A DNA stretch of 64,000 nt from the NCBI GenBank assembly GCA_004022145.1, contig RCNU01000014.1. One strand, 5' to 3'. This document shows, one piece after another, positions 24,154 to 36,208 of this stretch (position 1 is the stretch's first letter; each line of letters starts with the position of its first letter). The notes under the pieces are model-generated. The model searched no databases. It saw only the letters and a program-made list of their open reading frames with translations, and was not told where the DNA came from. Source of the DNA: Paecilomyces variotii (lineage: Eukaryota). The position numbers and the translations under genes were made by a program.

Positions 24154-27100
24154 TCAACTCCTCTTATTGGCCGATCTTCTGCCATCCGTAGGCGACTCTG
24201 GTTCTACATCGACAAAACGAACACTGGTTCCCAGTGAACTCCTCCTGTTGGTGCTGGTGCCTCCGCGTCGACCAGACCCCACCTTCGCATCTTCCAGTTC
24301 AGCTCTCAGACGAGCGGCAAAAGGCGTGCGTAACGGGGTAGCGGGTGTTGTCGATAGTTGCGCAAGGGCCCGTGCTCGGGCAGCCCGTTTCGATGGTGAA
24401 CCCAGATATCCAGGAGTAGCGAAGCTGAAGGGACTGATTGGTGGTGGTTTCTCAGCAGTTGCTAGCAACTCGCTGAAGTTGAAAGCAGTCTCCATTTCAG
24501 GCCAGCGATCAAAGGGAGACGGGCTGTTGTCCTTCGTCTCAGTGACCGTTGACGTTGACCCGTTGGTCTCCGTCGCTGTAGGCCCAGAGAGATGGCTCCT
24601 GGCTTGCTGGGTAATTCGCGCCTTGTCGACCCAATGCCAGAAAATATTTCTGAAGTGCTTTCTGAGATTCCGCTCCCTCATAGCGTCCGCCGTCTCTATG
24701 TGGCTCCGGAGCTGGAAGATGCGAAGACTGAGTTTGCGAAGCTGCTGGGATGCCAACCCTAAGGTGCGTACATGCTCCAAACGCATAGCTCTCTCCTCAA
24801 TAGTACGGTTCTTGTTGAAAATCTCCACCCATCGCGCCAACTTGTGATAGGCAATCTGTCGGTTGTAGTAGATGTCAGCATCGCGATGATCTTGCATGTT
24901 CTTCGCGGCCTTGTCATGCCAGCGCTCCAACAGCTCTATTGCAATCCTCTGTGTCTTGTCCATAGCGACGCCTGCAGCTTGCTGCTCCAGATCCATGGCG
25001 TGCTGGGTTTTCGATCTCCAAGCTGTCAGGGCATTTGACGCCAGATTGATCTTGATCTTTCTCCTGATCTTGGCATATGCATCCCGACGACGCTTCTTGG
25101 CCGACTCCAAGGTGGCAGTCTTCCACCGTTTGACTGTTTTCGTCGCTAAGAAATAATACCGGGCGTCTCGAGCCCATCCCTCCATCTTCACTATCTGCTC
25201 ATGTTTACACTTCCACAAAGCAAGGGATTCTTGCTCGAGTCGTGGAGCATAGAATTCAAATGCGATGAGCTCGCGCTGGCGCTGGCGGACCAACTGGTCG
25301 TACCAGCAGGTCAACTTTGTCCGAAGCAACTTCTGCGTTCGTCGACCTCGGAACTCCTGCTCTCGCTGGAGTAATCGAGATGACATGCCACGTGCATTCG
25401 TGACGAACGAAGCAAACGCTTCCTGCGTGATCCGCTGCTCGTGAATCCTCTGCATAAGACGAAATCGCTCTGCCAAGACCCATTTATACATCGTCTCCAC
25501 CTTGAGACGTTCTTCGATGCGTGCATTGAGCGCTTGACAGCGCAGCAGATCGTTCCACGTAACCCAAGCGTTGCGCAGCAGTCTTGTCCGGTCCAGTTCT
25601 TTTGCTTGCTCGAGCATACCAAGACGATGCGTCCACTGGTCAAATGCAGTCTCCAGGAGCCGTTTGTCGACCATGCCTGTGACTCGATTGGCAGCGGGCG
25701 CCAAACGAGCCTGTACATGCCATTCATCGAAATTCTCTTGCAGCACTTTGTGTCTTTGCCTTGCGTCCGCTTCCTGTTGAGCAGAAAGGGTCCGCTTGGA
25801 TTTCTCAGACCAGGCCTGTAGCGCTGATCCAAGAAGGTAGCGTTTATTCCTTTCGTCGATCTCCTGTTCGTGGTCCCTCTGGGTTCTCAGTGATCGGATC
25901 CAATATATGAGAGATCGTCTCTTCAGACAAAAATCATGCCACTGAGGCGCACGCCTGTCGCAAAAGTTCCAGAACCATTTCCAGTAGATCCTTTTCTTGA
26001 GATTTTTATTGTACAACGCAGCTGCAGTGGCCTCGTTGGCCCGGACGTCCTGCAGTTTGCGTCTCCACAAGGTCAGTGGTCTTTTTAAGCCGAAACGTTG
26101 AGCCTTCAGCTCGTTGACCGCAGTGATTTCGCGCCACGCGTTGAAGTATTTTACACGTAGGATGTGTTTTCTTGCAGCCGATGTTTTTGCGACTTCATCA
26201 GAGGTGACCTGCGCCCAATGTGTGAACGCCTTGGTCATGAGATATAGATCTCTGGCTCTCCCAGCTCGCTCCTCCAGGTGTCTGAAAAAGCGTTCTGTTT
26301 GAGCTTCATGGTTTCGTTCCCTCAGAACACCAAGCCACGAATCGAAGGCCTGGCGGAGAAGGGTAAGGCGGTCCCTGTTGATAGCCACGGCTTCCATATT
26401 GCGATGGCTCTGCTGCAACTGAATCGCCTTCTTCAGCCACTGTGTGAGGATCCGGCGGGCGTTAGCTCGCCGGCGGTACATGTCGAAAGTAGACGCATCG
26501 CGCAACAGCTGGGAAAGAGTTGGTCTGTAAACCATCTCTGGCGGGAAGTCTTCTTTTTCGATGGACGCATGTTCATCATCGACATCATCGACAAGCGTAT
26601 CGATATCTTCTCCTTCGTTTGAAGTTCCTGAACCGCTCGAGACACGGGAGCGTCGAGATCGTGAATGTCTGCTGCCATTTATGTCATTCACGACGGCATT
26701 TAATTGCTCGCGCTCGCGCTCTCGATTAACAGACGGCGTCTTTCCATGCTTACGCTTATCGCCGTTCTTCGAATCCAGTCTGCTCATCAGCCTACGCCCG
26801 GCCTCCAAGAAATGTGCCAGGAGCTGGGTTCTGTCTGGAGAATTTCCTCTCTTGCCATTGCTCTTTGCTCGTTTAGGCGTTTTTTTTCGTTTCCAGGAAC
26901 TCTGGTTTCCCGACCTGCAGTCGTGACATCGAAGACCGCGAGCTAGGACGCCAGGCAATACTCCTCTCTGTCGGATTATCCCCGACATCATACATGGAAT
27001 TGAACGAGGCTCGTCTCCGACGGCCTCTGTTGTGCGTCGTATCCCGATCAACGGTCCCGCTCTCTCCACCATCGATGGCACTACCAACATGGTTCGCGTG

Positions 27101-27527
27101 GTAGCTGCGGGTTTCATTGTCATTGTCACTGTCACCCAGTTCCAAGACGATTCCCATCTGTGCGAGCAATTCCTCGAACTTCTCAAAGAGTGAGTCCCCG
27201 CGCAGGCCTTTGTTGCCCATCTTAAACAAGAAGCGCAAGCAGACTTGGCCCTCATCCGCCTCGACGCCATGGTCGGCAATGACTTCGTCGTAGGCTGAGA
27301 AGACAGCACGAAATGGCAGGCGTTCGACATCGGGCTTCTGTTCCGCGCGGGTAATGATCTGGTAGAGGAGACCGACATCTACATCAAACATGCAACACGA
27401 CAGCGGTCAGACAATTTCCATCAACGACAGATAACAGGAAACGATCGATTCATCGTATCATACCTTGGTCGGATAGAGGGGGGTTCTCGTCAAGTAAGGC
27501 TCCGGGCCGAGGAGACGGGGGAGGCAT
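24154..27527 (-). CDS. sfi1: Sfi1 spindle-pole-body half-bridge protein (centrin-binding W/F repeats), with an apparent +1 frameshift at 26880-26887
   Basis: Many (A/F)xxW repeats (AFDSW, AFTHW, YFNAW). N-terminal LPFRAVFSAYD and CLRFLFKMG motifs. Exon 1 27527-27464 and intron 27379-27463. The reading frame switches in an A8 run. Confidence 0.85.
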
Positions 27528-28629
27528 CGAAAGTTTCGCGACCTACGGCGCGTTCTTCGCTGATGGGACATAGATGCGGAGACGGAGAAGGACCATTGCG
27601 AGCAATCGAGGGCCGTGCGGATGAGCCAGTCGCAACGGTCATGCTCCTTGCCAGCACACACGGAGGATAGCCAGGATCGCCAGGAGGAAGAGGGTCGCCT
27701 ACTGCTGCGATGCCATTGCTCCGCTGGCTTTGTTCGCGCCAAAACCCAGGAGGAATGCGCATTCGCTGGACATCCTTCGGGCCAATCAGACGGGCTATGA
27801 CCGTGGTGTCGTTCACGTGATGTGAATGACTTACATAATCATCCCGGATCATGTGCAACCACCGGCTGAAGGCGAGATGGACTCGCTGCGACGTCTCTTG
27901 CCAATGCAAAAACCGTTGCCACGATGTCAGGCAGAGTACGGCCGATCGAGAAGTTTGCCAAAGCAACAGCCCAATGCTCCGTGGAGGTCGGTAGCAGCTG
28001 GCGTCGATTTTGAGTGAAGCAGAAACGATGACTAACATGCTCCCCAGGCTGCGGCATATGGAAAATGCGTTGTCGCTGACTACCAATCAGTCCACAAGGA
28101 CATGTGCGTGAAAGAGTTTATGAGGCTCAAAGACTGTTATCTGGTATAGCATTGCCGACTGAAAACAAAAATCATTGAAGGAATTTACTAATCCCAGATA
28201 TAGGCTGCGGCAAAGAAGCTATAAAACTGTCTTCAGAGCTTCCAGTCTTACTCTTACAAGACATTTTCAGGCTGCCCTCACAATGCATTATCCGTGCATG
28301 TAGCTCTTGGCTCTCGTGTCCAGAAATATGGCGGATAGTTATTCTTGAGATAAGGAGACGAGCCGGACTGGATGACACTGAAAGTGAGGTCTACATCTGA
28401 ATGCCTCAAATTAGAGAGAGATTAGAAAAGTATAACAATAACCAGATTTTTTATATTGTTTGTATGACAAACCGAAATATAATCCTTGTTACTATAACGC
28501 ATGGTTCTCAATCAATGCATGTCTCATCACGGAAGTCCCCATGCGTAATAGTATTGACGAAAATACGTTGCATTCAATATATCATATCTAACGACTTTAT
28601 CTAAACTCGAGGTCTATGGTCAAAGAACT

Positions 28630-31600
28630 CTAAAGTTTGACCAGTCTCAAGAGGAAAGTTGCATTCTGCAACTCTTGTTCCTCCTGGAGAATCAGTCCCT
28701 CCGTGCTGTCTCCCTCGGAGCGCTCGACCGGCCTGCGCAAGACCTTTTCGATGGCCTTCGCCTGGCCTTCAATGGCATCGCTAAGACCGATGTTATCGGG
28801 GTCGGCAATCAGACTGTATTCCATCTTGATGTCATCGGTTGGGACCAACCCAGCCTTCTTGCGGAGGCGCTGGACTCGTGCAACGACCTCTCTCGCAAGA
28901 CCCTCATGGGCCAGTTCCGGATACAAGTTCGCATCCAGGATGGTGAGCACGTCATTATCAGAGTTCGTCTCCATGTTCTTCGAGCCGTCGTCTTCTTTCA
29001 ATCCGCGCTTGACCACCAAGTCCCCTTCGACGAGTTCGATGCCGTCCACAAGAATCTTCTTGTCTGCAACAAACTTCTTCACGTCGTCGCTGGTAACGGA
29101 TGGCAGTGCCTTCTTGACCTTCTGCGCGTCCTTCTTCAGCTTCTTACCCAGAGTGGGCCAGTCTGCTGTAACACTGTACTGGACATTGTACTTGGCCTCA
29201 TCCGACGAAAGGACTAGGTCCCGCACATTCAGCTCTTCAAGGATATAGCTCTCCAGAGACTTGACATCATCCAGATATTGCTGGTCTTGATGGATGACGA
29301 CGAGTGTCTTTAGAGGTGTCTTTAGGCCGAGAGTTCGGCGTTCACGGGAGATACGACCGAGTTCAATAACCTTCTGCATGCGCGCCACTCGTCGTTCAAC
29401 GATCTCATCGAAGAGTTCAGCCCTCACTTCAGGGAAGGGGAGGAAGTGAACGCTTCGGTCATCTTCTCCCCTGAGGGATTGCGGAATGTGTGGAAGAAGT
29501 CGGAGGTAAATAGTATCGGTCAGGAAGGGAGTGAAGGGCGCAAGACCCCGGACTAGAGTGTAAAGGACCTCGAAGAGGGTGTTCAGAGCGTGCTTGGTGT
29601 CATCAACACCGTACTCGCCCTTCAGACGCCGTCTGTTGAATCGGATGTACCAGTTTGTTGTATTGTCGATCAACTCGAGCAACCGGGGAACGACAGTATA
29701 CAGGCGGTATGCGGCCATTTCCTCGTTCACAAACTTCAGCAGACTCTGACAGCTTGCCAAGATCCAACGGTCCATGACATTGGTGTTAGTCGCCTCTGCC
29801 TTCGGGTCGAACACGAAGTCGACGGCTTCCACCTTCTTGAACAAAGCTGCTTGTCCCTCAAAGAACTTGTAGCTGTTCCACAGCGGCAGGAGAACCTTGG
29901 CCACAATTTCCTTGACACCGGACTCCTTAAACCTCAGCGGCTCTGCTCGGACAACTGGGGAGTTGATGAGATAGAGTCGCAGAGCATCAGATCCATATTG
30001 CTGCATGATCAAGGACGGGTCTGGGTAGTTCTTCAATCTCTTTGACATTTTCTTGCCATCTTCAGCAAGAACAATACCGTTCACGACGCAGTTCTTGAAC
30101 GGCAACTTGCCGAAGAGATGGGTTCCCAACACAGTCAGTGTGTAGAACCAACCTCGAGTCTGGTCCAAACCTTCCGCAATGAAGTCTCCAGGGAAGCTCT
30201 TCTCGAATTGCTCTTTGTTCTCAAATGGATAATGCTGAGACGCATAAGGCATGCTACCAGACTCGAACCAACAGTCGAAAACTTCGCTCACGCGACGAAG
30301 CTCACCCTTGCCTTGCTTGCTAGGGATAGTGATGTGGTCCACCTTATCACGGTGCAGGTCAGTGAGCTCTCCAGTATATCCGCTGAGCTCCTTAAGTTCC
30401 TCAGCACTACCCACGGCGACAACCTCCTTGAAATCTTCGCTGACCCATAGAGGAAGTGGAGTACCCCAGAATCTGTTTCGAGAGATGTTCCAGTCTCGGG
30501 CATTCTGAATCCAGCTGGCGAATCGTCTCTCCTTCACAAACGAAGGCACCCAGTGGGACTCTTCGATACCCTTGAGCATGTCGGGAATGATCGGTCCAAT
30601 CTTAACGAACCAAGCGGGCACAGCTCGGTAGATCAATGGTGTATCCGACCGCCAGCAGAAAGGGTAACTATGGGTAATCTGGCCGTCAACAATCAGACGA
30701 CCGGTGCCCTTCAGGTGCTTGATGATGGCTCTATCCGCCGCCTTGACATGGACTCCAGCGAAGTCGCGCACTTCCGAGGTGAAGCATCCCTTTTCATCCA
30801 CGGGGTTCGGGGGTAGGCGCGTTTCGCTGATGACACCGTTTTCCATGGCAACCCTGTAATCGTCCTCACCGAAAGCGGGAGACTGATGGACGATACCAAC
30901 ACCATCATCGGCCGTCACGTAAGAAGCGAGAAGCACGCGGAAGCCGTAGTCCTTGAATTCGTCGTAGAAATAATCGAACAGAGGCTGATATCTCCATCCT
31001 GCCATGTCGGAACCCTTAATGCGGTCCACGATCTTGAACTTCGCCTTCTTGGGGTCCTTGTACAACGTCCTCAACAAAGATTCCAAGAGAATGTAGTTCT
31101 TGCCCGAGGCCTCGTCAAAGATCTTGACATACTCGAAGTCCGGATGAGCCGCGAGACCAGTGTGAGAAGGCAACGTCCACGGCGTAGTAGTCCATGCTAG
31201 GAGGCAAGTCTGCGGATCATCGAGGAGTGGGAAGGTAACGACAACCGCAGGATCCTGGACATCCTTGTAGTTCTGTTGCGCCTCGAAGTTACTTAGCGGC
31301 GTGTTCAGCGCGGTGGAGTATGGCATAACTCGGTAGCCACGGTAGACAAGGCCCTTGTCGAACAACTGCTTAAACACCCACCACACCGATTCCATGAAAG
31401 ATGTGTTCATGGTCTGTTATCACGACTTGATCAGTAAGGAGACAGGCGGGAATCTGGTGGGGAGGGAGTAGCTTGCCTTGTAATCATTGTCGAAATCAAT
31501 CCAGCGGCCCAATCGTTCAATGGTCTCCCTCCATTCTGAAGCGAATCGCATAACAATCGCTCTGCACTCTTCGTTATACTTTTCAATTCCCAGCTTCTCA

Positions 31601-31905
31601 ACAGCCTCTAGACCAGACATGCCCAGCTTCTTGTCGATCTCATATTCGATAGGAACACCGTGGGTATCCCAACCAAATCGACGCTCCACATAATGGCCCT
31701 TCATAGACCAATATCTCGGGATAATATCCTTAATGGTAGATGCGAGAAGATGGCCATAATGAGGCAGACCCGTGGCAAATGGAGGGCCGTCATAAAAGGT
31801 GTAGGGTTTCCGGCCCCGGGACAGCTCAACCTGCCTCTCGAAGGCACGGATCTCCCTCCATCTCTGGAGGGTCTTGTCCTCCTCCGCGGGGAAGTCGATG
31901 GACAT
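28630..31905 (-). CDS. ILS1: Isoleucyl-tRNA synthetase, cytoplasmic (~1070 aa)
   Basis: [16 protein letters not shown] (HIGH motif) and KMSKR. A single intron at 31414-31476 joins [16 protein letters not shown]. Confidence 0.97.
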
Positions 31906-31996
31906 GGTGGACGATCTCCTGAAGTAAGTTGGTGACTGTTGCGTCCGTCAGCAGAGGGTTGTCCGCGGGGTAGAATATATCCAGGTGCGGCGTTCG

Positions 31997-32003
31997 TGAG
32001 TCA
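31997..32003. promoter_or_regulatory. Gcn4/CpcA site (TGAGTCA) ~92 bp upstream of the IleRS ATG
   Basis: Exact heptamer; aminoacyl-tRNA synthetase genes are typical cross-pathway-control targets. Confidence 0.6.
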
Positions 32004-32295
32004 CCCCGCGATTTTTTGATTTTGATCTGAATCCGGTAAGTGCGGCAGAACGTCCCCGCCCTAGACTACAATATGTTCTTCCGACATCGCAGCCCCGAAT
32101 CCACGTTCCACCGAGCTGCAGTCCTAAAATGTCTCTAGACTTGAAGATCTAATTCTCGTCAATTCGCGAGGATATGCATATCATCATGTATTCCATCCGA
32201 TCTATAACCTACGGGTATCTCAATCCGCAATGACGTGATTTTACGTCCCGCCTTGCATCTACGTAGTCGAGACAATGTAATATCAGTCCACGCCC

Positions 32296-35200
32296 TCACT
32301 CGTCTTCGTCGCCATCCCCTTCTTGATCTTCGTCCTCGTCCTCGTCTTCATCTTCAGAGACCTCCTCTCCAAGCTCTTTAAGCCGTTTCTGCAAGATGAT
32401 CAGTAATCATGCGTAATATTAGAGTAAGCTGGAGTTGCCCACCTTGTCCTGTTCTCTTTTGGCCTCCAGGTCCCCAAACACTATTAGAAGATCTTCAAGC
32501 TCTGCTTGTGCTGATTCTCGAGCCTTCTCCTTTTCTTCTGCTTCGGCTTTCGCCTTTTCCAATGCTGCTTGGACTTCTTTCAGTTGCTCCTGTGCCTTCA
32601 ATATACGTTTCTCCGCGTCATCGGCTCCTTTCCCGGCGCTCTTCTTCTGTTCCTCTGCCTTCCGGGCACGTTCTTCTGCCTTCTGAGCTTTATCCTTTGC
32701 GGTTCTAGCCTCTTTCTCTGCATCCTGTGCACGTTTTTCTGCCTTGCGGGCTCTTTCATCCGCATTTCTAGCTTGCTCTTCGGCCTGCTGTGCGCGGTGT
32801 TCGGCCTTATCTGCTCTTTGCTCGGCGCTCTCAACCTGTTTCTCAAGTTCTGAGCTCTTAGAAGAATGCTCCTCATGAGCCGTCTTGAGTTCTTGGCGAT
32901 GATCTTCTCTCGCCTTATCCAGATCTGCTTCTAACGTTTGGATTGTCTTCTTCAGAGAATCAATTTCAGCTGCGCTGCGCTGCGTGACATCGGCAAGCTT
33001 AGATTCTAGGCTGCTGATCGTCTTCTTCAGACTAGCAGTCTCTGCCTCGTACTGTGTTCTGAGATCAGCGCTCTTTCTTTCGTATTCGACAGAAGTCCTC
33101 TTCAGTTGCTCATCGACAGTCCGCAATTGTTCACCGTGCTGCTTAATCAGCTCGTTCCTGGCCTGCTTGTGCTGCTCATCGAGTCTCGACAGTTCCTGCT
33201 CGTGGTTCCTCTGTAATGTCTCGTTGATCTGTTTTATCCTAGTCAACTCCAGAGCAGTTGAGTCCTTCGTTCTGCGATGGTCGAGATGCTCTTGTTCTAG
33301 TTTACGCTGAAGCTCAAGCAGGTCGGACTCCAATTTCTGTACGGCTCGCGTGCGGTCTTCCACTTGAGCGCGGAGGTCATCAACAAGCTCCCGAGATATC
33401 CCTTTCTGGATTCCATTGGCAATTATGGGTATTTCGAAGCCGGGATCTCTATCAATAGCACGTAATAGACGGCTAAAGTTATCCTTCAGGAACTCAATGA
33501 ATGTTCTGTCGAAGAAAATCTCGGGCAGGCCATCGTGTGCTCCTTGTGACGTCTGCGGCAACACCTCAAAGTCGCGGACCAAGGGCAATTCTCTGAGCTT
33601 AGTTATCTTGTCGATATACTGCTCTCGTCCAAGCCGGGTAAGAAGCAAGTCGTGCAAAGTTGTCCTAGGGATTGGGGAGTCCTTCGTTGAGAACTCATAA
33701 ACGATTCCCAGAAGGATGGAGCAAAGGCCGGGAACGAGAGAGCTCGAAATACCACGTTGCTTGATATCCTGTATAAGACTTTGGATACTGCTTCCCTCCC
33801 CAAGGAAGTCATTGACAGCATCCGGATCCTCGAAGAGCCATCCACAGAGCAGCATCAAGTACCCTACTGTTATCCTCTCGTCGTCGCCACGCTGCATGCC
33901 CGTGATCAAGTTTCCCAAAATTGTCTGGACACAGGTGACGACTTCCTCGCCACTCTCTGCGTCTCCTTCGGTCACCTTCATAGCAATTGCCTTTGCTTCG
34001 GGGTCTTCAAAGAGCAGGTGAAACATTAATACAGAAGCCAACCAAGTTTGATATGGGTCAGCGTTCCCTCGTGACTCAGGAGCCTCGACCAGCACAGATA
34101 GGATGTTGGGGATCAGGTCATTCCCACTGACATGCCCGTCAATCGCTCTACGTAGCACATGGTGTCGAATTCCGCTATGCTTCTCAAAGAAAGCTTTCAT
34201 GCATTCCCCGGCGGCAAGACGGGCATCCAACACATTGACTGGCGCGGGCTCAAGGGTCAGTTTGAGTAGAGCTTCGATCACGTTTATCCTCGGTAGCTCA
34301 TGGACTTTTGAATCGCCGTTGGCCTGGGGTGGAACCCGTGGCTGAGAACCCCAGGTGACCTCAACGTCCGCGAACTTCTCTTGCAGACTTGGATTCCCAC
34401 GAATGAGATCAGCCGATGTTACTAGGGCCTAGTAAAGGTTATTGTTGTCAGTCAAGTTGTATGAATGCAGGTTGGGTAGGAACAGCATACTTTAGCTGTG
34501 ATCCTGACATCGAATTCCTGACTGAACGCCGTCCGCAAGGCTTGTTCCATGAGGCCGCTCTGCCAAAACGCCACCTGACTAGCAGGGGTGCTAACACCTC
34601 CCTTCACCAGGAACAGCTGCACTATGGCCAGGAGACCCCAAATGTTTTTATCTCGATGCGCGAGTATCCAAGGAGGTACATCCTCATCCCCCTGTGGTTC
34701 AATCGCATCAGCAAGGAGTTTTGTCAGTCTCTTCACGCATCCTGTCTCGCGGAAGTATGACTGGTTCGAAACGTTGAATCTCAAGAGATTCGCGAGCAAG
34801 GAGAGGCAATCTTCGACAACTTCTGAGCCGTGGGTGAGACCGCCTTCCGCTTCAATGAGGGAGAAAGTCAGCTCGAAAGCATTCTCAAAGGCAACCACCT
34901 TCTGGAGCTCTGGGGACGAGGGCGTGAGTGCTATTAGGAGTACGAGAGCCTCTAAGAAAATGCATGTGTTATCAGCACAATGTCCAGTCGGTTTATAGAC
35001 CAGGGCAGTGGCGTACCATTGCGGACAGGCTCTCGAGCATCACTTAGCATACTAACCAATCTGGATATCCCCAGCGGCGCCGTAAAGATACATTCTTGTG
35101 TCCTCTCCGGCCGTGCCCCACAGATTTGTGATATCAACTGCAAGGAGTACAGACGCGAATAGAAATCCCGGTTATCGAGCAAGTCGAGAAGAGCGGTGAT

Positions 35201-35665
35201 ATTGTCTTGGCGCTTTGTATGCTGTTAACCAAAGAACTCGTAGTCGGGTCCAGGGTAGCGCACCTGAGTGAATTCATCTGCAAGCCATAGTGCAATCTCG
35301 TCTGATGCCTCGGGCTGCCACAGGTCAGCATCAACTGTAGCTCAACGCACAAGGAGCTGTGCGTAGAGAGCACCATCGAGACAACCCACACTATTCTCAT
35401 CCGGAGAAAATAGCATCAACAGAGTCTCTAGGACCACCTTGACCGTATCCACATCCTCCCCATCATTGCGAAGGCTACTGATCAAGGCACGGAGAGCACC
35501 AGAGGCCACCGAGGCCGGGTAGATCTTTGCAAAACTCCGTAGCCCTAAGATCGCGACTCTTCTGTCTTCCACTAACGTTGCACTCTGCAGCCTATTGCTC
35601 AGGGTGCTGATCGTGTCCGTGGCCGTCTGTTTGGCAGGCGCTTGCGATTCGAGAATTCGGAACAT
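32296..35665 (-). CDS. uso1: Uso1/p115 ER-Golgi vesicle tether, multi-exon
   Basis: Armadillo head (RLQSATLVEDRR, VAFENAFE, GYLMLLCGWLFED), long coiled coil, and an acidic final exon KRLKELGEEVSEDEDEDE... Confidence 0.93.
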
Positions 35666-36208
35666 CGTAGCTGGTTCTTAGCTCGTACTTTCATGGTCAC
35701 CGCCGACCTTGCGTGCGGGAATTGGCAGGCATTGAAGCTCTGACGAATTTGAAGGAATGCAGTGAACACCGTCCGTCTTCCCCTGCACAGAAGCCAGCGG
35801 TCCCTGATCGATTGAAACAGAGGTCGAGAGAATATCACGCTGTAGTCTACTAGCTCTTATTGTTGTCGAGGACACATAGCTTAGCGCCCAGACTGGCCAG
35901 AAAGGCCCCACACGTGCCCTGCGCCCCGGAAGAAGTGTCGCGCCGGTAGCGCCATCCATCGCAGACCCTTCAGCTTACTGCGCACTGCGAGATACAAGCA
36001 AACCACTGAATTCTTGACGGGTAGCAGTGTGTCTGCTTCCAAATTTGTGAGGTTGGAAGGCTGTTGGAAGCTTTTTTTTTGCTTTTCTTCGCTTCCAAAA
36101 GGACACCTGAGCCGTCTTGCGGAGACGGTCGATGGGCTGCGCAGAGCACGAGATATTTCAGATTGCTCGAAGTTGAGGCTGTGATCGCAGCGCATCGATA
36201 TCGCCATC

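Noticed and set aside
26891..27378. N-terminal part of the 1074-aa ORF (MSVSSTRSLPAR...) as the true Sfi1 start
   Set aside because: This is a shadow frame; the plausible Sfi1 N-terminus is in the overlapping ORF 26873-27391.
27530..28090. Short ORFs with splice-like signals upstream of sfi1 as a separate gene
   Set aside because: I could not build a coherent spliced ORF or recognise any domain. It may be 5' UTR or promoter.
28630..28641. IleRS C-terminal VKL as a peroxisomal PTS1
   Set aside because: Val at position -3 is non-consensus, and it looks like the ordinary end of the domain.
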